Source: Candidatus Electronema aureum
GTDB taxonomy: Bacteria > Desulfobacterota > Desulfobulbia > Desulfobulbales > Desulfobulbaceae
Assembly (NCBI GenBank): GCA_004284765.1
Contig: NQJD01000014.1
Span: 1 to 32,000 of the forward strand
Direction of reading: 5' to 3'
DNA length: 32,000 bases
The notes under the pieces were generated by a model. It ran no database searches and was not told the origin of the DNA. It was given only the letters and a program-made list of their open reading frames with translations. The translations under genes and the position numbers were made by a program. Of the stretch, positions 22,354 to 30,980 are shown one piece after another; position 1 is the stretch's first letter, and each line of letters begins with the position of its first letter.

Positions 22354-24848
22354 TTGATGACAATATTAACAAGTTTGTCTTTGACGACAATGATTTTTTG
22401 CACCGTCTTTCCCGCGATAAAGCTGATCACCTTTTCGTCGACCAGAGCAAGTTGTTTAATTTCCTCCTCACCGGTGGCTGCCGAAACAGTCAGGCGGCCC
22501 CGCAGCTTGCCGTTGACCTGCACGACAATGGTCAGCTCGTCTTCTTCTGCCGCAGCGGGATCAAAGCTCGGCCAAGTTTGCAGTTGCAGCGGCTGCGCAT
22601 GGCCGGTGAGCTGCCACATCTCCTCACAGAAATGCGGCACCATCGGGAAGAGGAGGAACAGCACGGTTTCGAGGGCCTCGCGCAGCACGCTACTGGCCGT
22701 CGGCTGGGCAGTTTCTGCGCTGATCTGATTGACTAATTCCATCACCCCAGAAATGGCAGTGTTGAAATGAAAATCCTTTTCAATGCTCTCGGTTACCCGG
22801 CGAATAGTCTGGTGCGTCTTGCGGTGCAGCTGGCGGTCAGCGGGAGAAAGAGTGCTGAGGTCAATCTGCGCAGTTCCGCCAGAGAAGCAGTCCAAACTGG
22901 AATGAATCAGTCTGAAAACCCGGCTGAGGAAGCGGAAGCAGCCTTCCACGCCTTGCGGGTTCCATTCCAGATCGCGCTCCGGCGGGGCGGCGAAGAGGGC
23001 GAAAAGCCGCACTGTGTCTGCGCCGTACTGCTGAATCAAATCATCAGGGTCAACCACGTTGCCCTTGGATTTGGACATCTTGGCCCCGTCTTTGATCACC
23101 ATGCCTTGGGTGAGCAGATTGGTGAACGGCTCATCAATGTGCAAATAACCGAGGTCACGCAATGCCTTGGTGAAGAAACGCGAGTAGAGCAGATGCAGAA
23201 TCGCGTGTTCCACGCCGCCGATGTACTGATCCACTGCCAGCCAATATTTGGCCGCGTCCTGATCCAAAACGCCGTCGTCTTTGCGCGGGCTGGTGTAGCG
23301 GGCAAAATACCACGACGACTCCATAAAGGTGTCCATCGTGTCGGTCTCGCGCTTGGCGGGCTGGCCGCATTTCGGGCATGCCGTGCTGTAAAACGCCTCC
23401 TGCTGATGCAGCGGCGCGTGGCTGCCGTAAGGCGGCGTGGTGCCGGGCAGAACCACCGGCAGCTGCTCCGCCGGAACCGGCACTGCGCCGCAGCTCTCGC
23501 AATGAATGACCGGAATCGGCGCGCCCCAGTAGCGCTGGCGGGAAATGCCCCAGTCGCGCAGCCGCCACGTGATGTGCGTCTTGCCAAAACCCTGCTGTTC
23601 CGCATGAGCGATGACCGCCTTTTTCGCCTCTGCGGAAGGCAGGCCGGAGAACATCCCGGAATCCGCCAAAACGCCGTCGCTCTCCCAGGCTGCCTCCATG
23701 CTCTCCGCGACCAGCCGCTGCTCAGGCTGCACCACCGGACGAATCGGCAGGCCATATTTGCGGGCGAATTCAAAATCGCGCTGATCATGCGCAGGCACGG
23801 CCATGACTGCGCCGGTGCCGTATTCCATCAGGACAAAATTGGCGACATAAATCGGCACCCGTTCGCCATTAAAAGGATTGACGCAATGCTTGCCGGTGAA
23901 AATGCCGTGCTTTTCCGGCTCTTGATCCAAGGCCATGCGCTGTTTTTCCAGCAAGGTCTGCTCGATGAAGCCGCGCACTGCCGCTTCCTGCTCTGTGCCT
24001 GCAATCAGCGAATCAATCAGCGGATGCTCCGGGGCCAGCGACATGAAAGTCACGCCGAAGATGGTGTCAGGCCGGGTGGTGAAGATGGTTATCTTTTCCG
24101 CGCTGTTCTCAACTTGGAAATCGCAGGCCAAGCCTTGGCTTTTGCCAATCCAGTTGCGCTGCATGGTGACCACTTTTTCCGGCCAGCCGCCCAGCTTGTC
24201 CAGATCAGCCAATAACTCCTCGGCATAGTCAGTAATCTTGAGGAACCAGCCGTACATATTCTTGGGTACAACTTGGCTGTCGCAACGCCAGCAGCAGCCG
24301 TCAATCACCTGCTCGCGGGCCAGCACTGTGGCGCAGCTTTCGCACCAGTTGACCGTGGTTTTCTTGCGGTAAACCAGCTCTTTCTCCAGCAGCTGGAGAA
24401 AAACGCGCTGCTCCCAGCGGTAGTATTCCGGGTGGCAGGTGGCGATTTCCCGGTCCCAGTCGTAGCTGAGGCCCATCGCCTTGAGCTGGCCGCGCATGTA
24501 GTCAATATTGCTGTAGGTCCACTGCGCCGGATGCACACCGTGCTTGAGGGCGGCGTTCTCAGCAGGCAGGCCGAACGCATCCCAGCCCATCGGATGAAGA
24601 ACGTTGAAGCCGCGCATCCGCTTGTAGCGGGCCACCACGTCGCCGATGGAGTAGTTGCGGACATGACCCATGTGGATGCGCCCGGACGGATAGGGAAACA
24701 TTTCCAGCACATAATATTTGGGCCGCTGCGGGTCCGCGCTGACTTTATACGGCTTTTCCGTCAGCCACTGCTGCTGCCATTTGCTTTCAATGGCCTTGAA
24801 ATTGTATTTTAACGCATCCTGCGTCTGAGTATATGTGCTGTTTTCCAT
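22350..24848 (-). CDS. leuS: leucine--tRNA ligase
   Basis: The start is taken at the ATG at 24848 ([28 protein letters not shown]...); the track ORF extends to 24956. Class I motifs are present: HMGHVRNY (HIGH-type) and KMSKSKGN (KMSKS). Confidence 0.95.
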   Translation of the reverse strand: MENSTYTQTQDALKYNFKAIESKWQQQWLTEKPYKVSADPQRPKYYVLEMFPYPSGRIHMGHVRNYSIGDVVARYKRMRGFNVLHPMGWDAFGLPAENAALKHGVHPAQWTYSNIDYMRGQLKAMGLSYDWDREIATCHPEYYRWEQRVFLQLLEKELVYRKKTTVNWCESCATVLAREQVIDGCCWRCDSQVVPKNMYGWFLKITDYAEELLADLDKLGGWPEKVVTMQRNWIGKSQGLACDFQVENSAEKITIFTTRPDTIFGVTFMSLAPEHPLIDSLIAGTEQEAAVRGFIEQTLLEKQRMALDQEPEKHGIFTGKHCVNPFNGERVPIYVANFVLMEYGTGAVMAVPAHDQRDFEFARKYGLPIRPVVQPEQRLVAESMEAAWESDGVLADSGMFSGLPSAEAKKAVIAHAEQQGFGKTHITWRLRDWGISRQRYWGAPIPVIHCESCGAVPVPAEQLPVVLPGTTPPYGSHAPLHQQEAFYSTACPKCGQPAKRETDTMDTFMESSWYFARYTSPRKDDGVLDQDAAKYWLAVDQYIGGVEHAILHLLYSRFFTKALRDLGYLHIDEPFTNLLTQGMVIKDGAKMSKSKGNVVDPDDLIQQYGADTVRLFALFAAPPERDLEWNPQGVEGCFRFLSRVFRLIHSSLDCFSGGTAQIDLSTLSPADRQLHRKTHQTIRRVTESIEKDFHFNTAISGVMELVNQISAETAQPTASSVLREALETVLFLLFPMVPHFCEEMWQLTGHAQPLQLQTWPSFDPAAAEEDELTIVVQVNGKLRGRLTVSAATGEEEIKQLALVDEKVISFIAGKTVQKIIVVKDKLVNIVIK

Positions 24849-24999
24849 GATCGTCTGTCTTTGAGCAGCCTGAATTAAAAAAATTGCTAACCGGTGCAGC
24901 ATACAATGGAGCTTTTCTTCTGCACAGCAAAAAATGTCATTATCCCGATTTACCACAAATCAGGAAAAAGAGCATTTTTTGTTTTCACCTTGACCCTTG

Positions 25000-25881
25000 T
25001 TAGATGCCTATCGGCGGCTCTAAATTAGAGTAGTTCTCAAAACTGGTGTATTCGCCGACAAAAGTCAGCTTCACCGTCCCTGTCGGGCCGTTGCGCTGCT
25101 TGGCGACAATCACCTCAGCAATCCCCCTGTTCGGGTTCTCCGGCGACTTGTTATAGACCTCGTCTCTGTAAATAAATAGAACTACATCAGCAGTCTCCTC
25201 AATTTCACCGCTTTCCCGCAGATCCAACATCGTGGGCCGCTTGTCGGTGCGGCTTTCCAAGCTGCGGTTGAGCTGCGACAGGGCCAGCACCGGCACATTC
25301 AGTGCTTTGGCCATCGCCTTGAGCGAGCGCGAGATTTCGCTGATCTCCTGATTGCGGTTTTCACAGCCGGAGGAACGGCTCTGCATGAGCTGAAGATAAT
25401 CAACCACCAGCAAGCCCAGATCGTGCTCCTCTTTCAACATTCTGGCCTTAGCTTGCATTTCCAGTACGCTGATGCTTGCTGTGTCATCAATAAAAAGCGG
25501 TGATTCAGTGAGCATCCCGGTGGCTCTGGTCAGCTTGGGCCAGTCCGATTCCATAAGATGGCCTGTGCAGATGCGATGAGAATCCACCTTGCCAATAGCG
25601 CAGATCATACGCAAGGCAAGCTGCTCTGCCGACATCCCTAGACTGAACACGGCGGTAGGCACTTTGCCGTCCACAGTGGCGTGCTGGACGATGTTCATTG
25701 CCAAGGCGGTCTTTCCTAAGCCCGGCCTTGCTGCGATAATGATCAGATTGGAAGATTGCAGCCCGGCAGTCATCCGGTCCAATTCATGATAACCAGTGGC
25801 CACGCCAGTGCGGTCAAAGGCTCTGAGCAGGATATTGGCCATCGGCTCAAAGCCCTGCTTATTGGTCTGTTCTTTTTTCAT
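25000..25881 (-). CDS. DnaB-like protein consisting only of the C-terminal RecA-type ATPase domain (intein-free paralogue of the adjacent dnaB)
   Basis: 293 aa, starting 6 nt after the dnaB stop. It aligns with dnaB residues ~173-397 plus 816-888 (roughly three quarters identical by eye). Walker A (ARPGLGKTA), Walker B (VVDYLQLM) and SQLNRSLESR are kept, but SLEMS has become SLGMS and SGAIEQDADV has become SGEIEETADV. The N-terminal domain is absent. Confidence 0.8.
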   Translation of the reverse strand: MKKEQTNKQGFEPMANILLRAFDRTGVATGYHELDRMTAGLQSSNLIIIAARPGLGKTALAMNIVQHATVDGKVPTAVFSLGMSAEQLALRMICAIGKVDSHRICTGHLMESDWPKLTRATGMLTESPLFIDDTASISVLEMQAKARMLKEEHDLGLLVVDYLQLMQSRSSGCENRNQEISEISRSLKAMAKALNVPVLALSQLNRSLESRTDKRPTMLDLRESGEIEETADVVLFIYRDEVYNKSPENPNRGIAEVIVAKQRNGPTGTVKLTFVGEYTSFENYSNLEPPIGI

Positions 25882-25887
25882 GATGCT

Positions 25888-28554
25888 TCAGCCGAATGAA
25901 TCCCCGTGCGGCGGCTCCCGGTCAGTGTAGTTCTCGAATGAGGTGTATTCGCCGACAAAAGTCAGCTTCACCGTTCCTGTCGGGCCGTTGCGCTGCTTAC
26001 CAACAATCACCTCGGCTATACCACGATTGGGGTTTTCTGGTGCTTTGTTATAAACCTCATCCCTGTAAATAAACATAATAACATCAGCATCTTGCTCTAT
26101 TGCGCCCGAATTATGACTGACAATACCGTCCGCTAACCAGCAAGCATTACCCGGTACGGTCAGATCAAAAACCTCTTCTTCGCCCGCAGGTTCAATCGCA
26201 ACGATCTTGTCCCAAAACAGATCATCTTGCGTCAGACTGAACAGCCATTCGTCATCCAAGTGTTTAGCATAACTCAAGACGCTTTCCCGCGATGGAGCAA
26301 ATTTGAAACTTGCTGTCCCGTTGTACGATCTGCCTCGCAATTCCGCCATCTGACGGGATGTTATGCCCTTCAAGCGCATCTGCTCACGAATATAGACAAA
26401 AATTTCCTCCGGCAGCGTATCAACGTTGGTATTGCTGACCGTGTGTTCAATCATGGCCGCAGCCTGTTCAGCAGGCTCTTTGCGCGGCCCGAATGCGCCG
26501 ATCTCCCGAAGGAAAATACGCTGCTGTTCCGCCCCAGAAACATCAGCAGTGAACCAACCTTGCGGACTTTCAGTCGTGGTGACATGCTTGATGCGTGCGA
26601 CAATGCCGAAACGCAGAAGCAGGGCGGCAACATCGCGGATCAGCAGTTCACTGGCAGTGCAGAAGTAGATGCGTGGCTTGTCCTTGCCAGCATGAATGCT
26701 GCCATCCGTCGCCCAGAGATGGCGAAGAAACAAGGTCAATTGTTTCTTAGGCAGCCGGAACACGCCCACAGGCAAATATTTCTCATGCGAACGCTGGCCG
26801 AAGATACCCAAATCCTTGAGCCATTTACCGACCCCCGCCGGATGCCAGCGGTTGCCGTTGCCGCTGATAACCAACTGATGCCAGTTTCCTCGTCCGGGCT
26901 GACGATTGACAGTGGAGCCGAACGCTTGTGCTGCTTCCGTGACCGCTTGGCTGTTCTCCTCGCTGGCTGTGGTATAGCGCAGCGGTTGTTTTGTAACATA
27001 GCTGCCATCACCAACCAAATGCGCCAGCAGGATAATTTCATGTTCAGGCCATGCAACCGTCTGCGGTGGTTCTGGTAGGTGGCGGGCAAGAGCGATGCGG
27101 TCGCCAATCTGAAGATCACAGGCATGTTTCCAGTCTGTCAATGAACGTAAGCGATGCTCTTTGGAACAACACAGGGTGCGTCCGCTGGCCAGCTGAATCC
27201 GCAAAATTTCCTTTTGACCGACAGACCAGACTAATTCAGCAGCGGCGCATTCTATCCTTCCGTCCTCCGTCATTGAAACGACAGAGGGTCTTTGCCCGAC
27301 CAAATCGCGAACAGGAATCCGACTGCCGTCGGCCAGCATGACCAAGGTGTCGCCGGTCACGCATTCACGCAAATCCGACATCATGGGTCGCTTGTCGGTG
27401 CGGCTCTCTAAGCTGCGGTTGAGCTGAGACAAAGCCACTACCGGCACGTCTAACTCTTTCGCCATTGCCTTAAGCGAGCGAGATATCTCACTGATTTCCT
27501 GATTCCGATTCTCAGAGCCGGAACGCCCCTGCATCAGCTGAAGATAATCCACCACTACCAACCCTAAATCATGCTCTGATTTCAGCCGCCGAGCTTTGGC
27601 CCGCATCTCCAAAACAGTCAAACCAGCAGTATCATCAATGTAGATCGGCGCGTCTGTAAGCATCCCCGTGGCCCTGATGAGCTTAGGCCAATCCGACTCT
27701 ATCAAGCGGCCTGTGCGAACGCGTTGCGCATCCACCTTACCTACAGCGCAGAGCATTCTCAGAGTCAGTTGTTCGGAGGACATTTCCAAGCTGAACACGG
27801 CGGACGGTATCTTATTGATTACCGAGGCTGTCTGCACAATGTTCATGGCCATCGCGGTCTTACCCATCGACGGTCGTGCCGCGAGAATGACCAAATCTGA
27901 AGGCTGTAGCCCAGCGGTCATCCGATCTAATTCCTCGTAACCAGTGGCCACGCCGGTAATATGCTCTTTGCGCTGAGAAAGGCGCGTCACCCGATCAAAA
28001 GCCTTAGGAACGATTCGAGCCATCGACTCGAACCCCTGCTTCTTACGGGCTTGAGCAATTTCAAAAATCGACTGCTCGGCTTTGTCAACCAGTGCGTCAA
28101 TGTTATCTTGGGCATCGTAGCAACGGGCTGCTACTTCAACGCTGGTTTGAATCAGTTTGCGCAGAACAGATTTTTGCCGGATGATATGGGCATGATGAAC
28201 CAGCGTTCCAACAAAGGGAATTACTTCGGTAAGCTGGGAGATGTAGGCATATCCTCCTGCCTTCTCTAACCGATTCTGATCACGGAGCAGATTGGAGACG
28301 GTAATCAGGTCGTGAGGCTGTCCTTTTTCAAACAGGGAAAGCATAGCCCCAAAAACGATCCGATGACCTTCTCGGTAGAAATCATCAGGCGCAAGCAGCT
28401 CAACAACTTTGAGCAGAGCTTGTTCCTGAATCATAATGGTACCGAGCAAAGCCTGCTCGGCTTCCACGTTCTGAGGCGGCAGACGGCCTGCTGCCGACTG
28501 TTCATGCCCGCTGCGGACGAAGGGAACGGAATAGTCAGACAACTGAGACATCAC
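25888..28554 (-). CDS. dnaB: replicative DNA helicase DnaB, interrupted by a 418-aa intein
   Basis: 888 aa in total. After removing the intein the extein is 470 aa. It contains ...PPQNVEAEQALLG..., ARPSMGKTA, SLEMS, VVDYLQLM, SQLNRSLESRTDKRPMMSDLRE|...|SGAIEQDADVIMFIYRDEVY. Confidence 0.95.
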   Translation of the reverse strand: MMSQLSDYSVPFVRSGHEQSAAGRLPPQNVEAEQALLGTIMIQEQALLKVVELLAPDDFYREGHRIVFGAMLSLFEKGQPHDLITVSNLLRDQNRLEKAGGYAYISQLTEVIPFVGTLVHHAHIIRQKSVLRKLIQTSVEVAARCYDAQDNIDALVDKAEQSIFEIAQARKKQGFESMARIVPKAFDRVTRLSQRKEHITGVATGYEELDRMTAGLQPSDLVILAARPSMGKTAMAMNIVQTASVINKIPSAVFSLEMSSEQLTLRMLCAVGKVDAQRVRTGRLIESDWPKLIRATGMLTDAPIYIDDTAGLTVLEMRAKARRLKSEHDLGLVVVDYLQLMQGRSGSENRNQEISEISRSLKAMAKELDVPVVALSQLNRSLESRTDKRPMMSDLRECVTGDTLVMLADGSRIPVRDLVGQRPSVVSMTEDGRIECAAAELVWSVGQKEILRIQLASGRTLCCSKEHRLRSLTDWKHACDLQIGDRIALARHLPEPPQTVAWPEHEIILLAHLVGDGSYVTKQPLRYTTASEENSQAVTEAAQAFGSTVNRQPGRGNWHQLVISGNGNRWHPAGVGKWLKDLGIFGQRSHEKYLPVGVFRLPKKQLTLFLRHLWATDGSIHAGKDKPRIYFCTASELLIRDVAALLLRFGIVARIKHVTTTESPQGWFTADVSGAEQQRIFLREIGAFGPRKEPAEQAAAMIEHTVSNTNVDTLPEEIFVYIREQMRLKGITSRQMAELRGRSYNGTASFKFAPSRESVLSYAKHLDDEWLFSLTQDDLFWDKIVAIEPAGEEEVFDLTVPGNACWLADGIVSHNSGAIEQDADVIMFIYRDEVYNKAPENPNRGIAEVIVGKQRNGPTGTVKLTFVGEYTSFENYTDREPPHGDSFG
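26110..27363 (-). mobile_element. DnaB intein with LAGLIDADG homing-endonuclease domain
   Basis: It starts with CVTGDTLV directly after ...SDLRE (Cys codon at 27363-27361). It ends with ...FDLTVPGNACWLADGIVSHN, followed by the +1 Ser (Asn codon at 26112-26110). The two LAGLIDADG blocks are LLAHLVGDGSY and FLRHLWATDGSI. The sequence resembles the Rhodothermus/Synechocystis DnaB inteins as I remember them. Confidence 0.9.
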
Positions 28555-28583
28555 CCCGGGGCGACAGCTTTTGCCTGCCGTCT

Positions 28584-28625
28584 GGAAAAAAGCTGCGGCT
28601 GCTGCTTAACGCGCAGTGCCGCAGC
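28584..28625 (-). terminator. Intrinsic terminator between rplI and dnaB
   Basis: Minus-strand reading: GCTGCGGC-(18-nt loop)-GCCGCAGC, a perfect 8-bp stem followed by TTTTTT. It lies about 30 nt upstream of the dnaB start. Confidence 0.6.
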
Positions 28626-28663
28626 GTACTTGAAGGAAAAACGGGGAAAAACTGCGAACAGCC

Positions 28664-29125
28664 TTATACGGTCTCGGCTGCGATCTCCTGCACCACCTGT
28701 ACCGTAATTTCCGAGGTCATCTGATAGCCAACCTTAACTGTCACTCTGGTCTCGCTGACGCTCTTAATCGGTTCTTTGAGCATGATTGCCTTACGGTCAA
28801 GCGTTACCCCCAGCTGCGCCAGCTGATCAGCAATATCCGCGTTGGTAACAGAACCAAAAAGGCGGCCTTCATTGCCGGTCTTGCGAGCCAGCACCACGGT
28901 CAGATTTTCTAACTGAGCAGCGAGTGCTTCGGCGTTTTTCTTCTCTTCTGCCAGACGCTTGGCAATAGCGGCCTGCTCTTTTTGGAGTCGAGCCAAGCTG
29001 GCTTTGTTGACGACCGCTGCCAAATCCTGGGGAATAAGAAAATTGCGAGCATAACCAGGCTTAACGTTGACAACTTCGCCTTCGCGGCCCAAGGTGTCGA
29101 TAGTTCTCTTCAATATGATTTCCAT
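28664..29125 (-). CDS. rplI: 50S ribosomal protein L9
   Basis: 153 aa. The sequence is MEIILKRTIDTLGREGEVVNVKPGYARNFLIPQ... Confidence 0.95.
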   Translation of the reverse strand: MEIILKRTIDTLGREGEVVNVKPGYARNFLIPQDLAAVVNKASLARLQKEQAAIAKRLAEEKKNAEALAAQLENLTVVLARKTGNEGRLFGSVTNADIADQLAQLGVTLDRKAIMLKEPIKSVSETRVTVKVGYQMTSEITVQVVQEIAAETV

Positions 29126-29153
29126 GATTGCATCCTCGTGGGTATTGACTTTC

Positions 29154-30122
29154 TCAGGAGCGGGTGGGCGGTTGTTCGTTCTGAGCCAGTTTGCGGAAGT
29201 CGGCCCAAGTGTCCGCCGCTCCTGTCACTGCCAGCAGAAGAAATCCATAACCCTGCGCCGCTACAAAAATATATAAAACAATCCGCCAGAAAGTCGGAAC
29301 ATTCCAGCGGTGCAACAGGTGGGCAAAAACAGCTGCCCCCTGAAAAAAATACAGCAGTCCTATAACTACAGCCAACGAATATCCGGTAATTTCCAGCCAG
29401 CCAGCACTGGTTATCGCCAAGATAATCGCCGCAATCAACAGCCAAACTACGGTATCCGGCAGCTGCCAACAACGGTATTCCGGCCAAGGTGCTTTATCTG
29501 GCTGAAATCTGCGGAGCAGACCGTTACCTACTACCATGTTCAGCCAAACAGTAAGCACCGCACTGCCAGCCAATAAACCGGGCAGCACTTTGGGTAAAAC
29601 AACCCGCATATCCGCAGCGGCAAGTTCAAACTCTTGGAGCAGCTCAACCGACACATTCTTCATGCTAGAGCCGTAGGCTTCCACGATCTGCGTCAGCAAA
29701 TTATTTAACTGTGCCAACAGACTGGTGTAGGGATTAACTCCAGTCAGCTGGCCGTACAGCAGCCAAAATATTAACCAGCTACTGCCAAGAACGGCCAAAC
29801 CTGCTCTACCAGCCGCTGCCGGAGTAACTTCATGCTGTGCGCTACGATGCAGGCTCCATGCCAAAGGCAGCAGCGTGAAGGAAAAAATCAACAATGCAGG
29901 CTCTCCCAGCAACATAGCACCTATTCCAGCGATAAGCAGACCGTTGCGTAGCTGAAACAGAGCCTTTTCTTCGGTACGCAGAAGAAAAAAAACTGGGATA
30001 CCCAGCAAGAGCTGCATCCAGCCCAGCAGCAGCGGAAAAGCTATCGGCAGGAGAAAAGACAGGGCTATCAACAGCACCTGCGCTGAGAAAAACCCTGCGC
30101 TCTCCTGCCTGCGGTGCAACAA
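29154..30122 (-). CDS. DUF2232 (YybS-like) polytopic membrane protein
   Basis: 322 aa with many TM segments. It lies between rpsR and rplI, the position occupied by yybS in Bacillus as I recall. The track start is a TTG, so the true start is uncertain. Confidence 0.5.
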   Translation of the reverse strand: MLHRRQESAGFFSAQVLLIALSFLLPIAFPLLLGWMQLLLGIPVFFLLRTEEKALFQLRNGLLIAGIGAMLLGEPALLIFSFTLLPLAWSLHRSAQHEVTPAAAGRAGLAVLGSSWLIFWLLYGQLTGVNPYTSLLAQLNNLLTQIVEAYGSSMKNVSVELLQEFELAAADMRVVLPKVLPGLLAGSAVLTVWLNMVVGNGLLRRFQPDKAPWPEYRCWQLPDTVVWLLIAAIILAITSAGWLEITGYSLAVVIGLLYFFQGAAVFAHLLHRWNVPTFWRIVLYIFVAAQGYGFLLLAVTGAADTWADFRKLAQNEQPPTRS

Positions 30123-30129
30123 AACGAAA

Positions 30130-30375
30130 TCAGTACTGCACTGTGCCAGAATACGGCAACAGAGCCAAATGCCGAGCGCGTTTAACAGCCTCGGTCAACT
30201 GCCGCTGATGGCGAGCGCAGGTGCCGTAAATCCGCTTAGGTACGATCTTGCCGCGTTCAGTAACGAAATTCCGCAGGAATTTTACGTCTTTGTAGTCAAC
30301 TTCCTGCATTTTTTCAGCGCAGAATCTACATACCTTGCGGCGGTGAAACACTTTTTTTGCTTTAGGGGCAGTCAT
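30130..30375 (-). CDS. rpsR: 30S ribosomal protein S18
   Basis: 81 aa. The sequence is ...[62 protein letters not shown]. Confidence 0.95.
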   Translation of the reverse strand: MTAPKAKKVFHRRKVCRFCAEKMQEVDYKDVKFLRNFVTERGKIVPKRIYGTCARHQRQLTEAVKRARHLALLPYSGTVQY

Positions 30376-30400
30376 GATTAAATATCTCCTGTTAAATGGC

Positions 30401-30832
30401 TCAGGCCAGCTCGTCGGCAGCGTCTTGCATATCTACCAAGCCACCCTCATCGTCGCCGTTTTCTCTGCCTGCGGCGGCTTCAGCAGCCTTTGCAGCCAGC
30501 GCGGCAATCCGCTCCTTTTCCTGCTCAATACCCGCCGCGTCAATTTCTTCGGCTAATTTGATGGTCAGGTAACGCAACAGCCGGTCGTCAATGCGGAAGA
30601 TACGCTCCAATTCCTTAACGGTGGTTGCGGGCGCGGCGCAATTCATGCAAACGTAGTAGCCCTGCGATTCTTTTTTGATGTCGTAGGCCAGCTTTTTGAT
30701 GCCCCAGCGGCTGATGTCGATCACTGTGCCGCCGTCGCCGGTGATAATGGCAGCAGTGCGGTCAATGATTTCAGTGAACTGCGTGTCGCCCAAGCTGGGG
30801 CGCATAATCCAAGTTATTTCGTAATGACGCAT
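30401..30832 (-). CDS. rpsF: 30S ribosomal protein S6
   Basis: 143 aa. The sequence starts [16 protein letters not shown]... and has an acidic C-terminal tail. GAGGAGG lies upstream. Confidence 0.9.
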   Translation of the reverse strand: MRHYEITWIMRPSLGDTQFTEIIDRTAAIITGDGGTVIDISRWGIKKLAYDIKKESQGYYVCMNCAAPATTVKELERIFRIDDRLLRYLTIKLAEEIDAAGIEQEKERIAALAAKAAEAAAGRENGDDEGGLVDMQDAADELA

Positions 30833-30893
30833 GATTCCTCCTCGTGGTCATGTGGCCCTCGCTGCGTTCCTTGTGGAGAGCGAGAAGGGAGTG

Positions 30894-30924
30894 AAAAATA
30901 AAAAATGACAGCCAGATTGCTGTC
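30894..30924 (-). terminator. Terminator-like hairpin plus U-tract inside the rpsF leader
   Basis: Minus-strand reading: GACAGC-AATCTG-GCTGTC followed by ATTTTTTATTTTT. It lies between the predicted promoter and rpsF. It could equally be the terminator of the upstream ABC gene. Confidence 0.4.
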
Positions 30925-30938
30925 TGATGAAATTGCGA

Positions 30939-30968
30939 AATATAGCATTGCCCCGGCGGCAGTGTCAA
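30939..30968 (-). promoter_or_regulatory. Candidate sigma70 promoter of the rpsF operon (TTGACA-18-TATATT)
   Basis: Minus-strand reading: TGTTGACActgccgccggggcaatgcTATATT, with -35 at 30968-30963 and -10 at 30944-30939. Confidence 0.45.
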
Positions 30969-30980
30969 CAGAAATAACCA

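Noticed and set aside
22767-24215. A 482-aa plus-strand ORF, with several 130-230-aa ORFs, overlapping leuS.
   Set aside because: They are antisense or off-frame shadows of leuS. Their composition is Arg/Ala/Leu-rich, as is typical of GC3-rich antisense frames.
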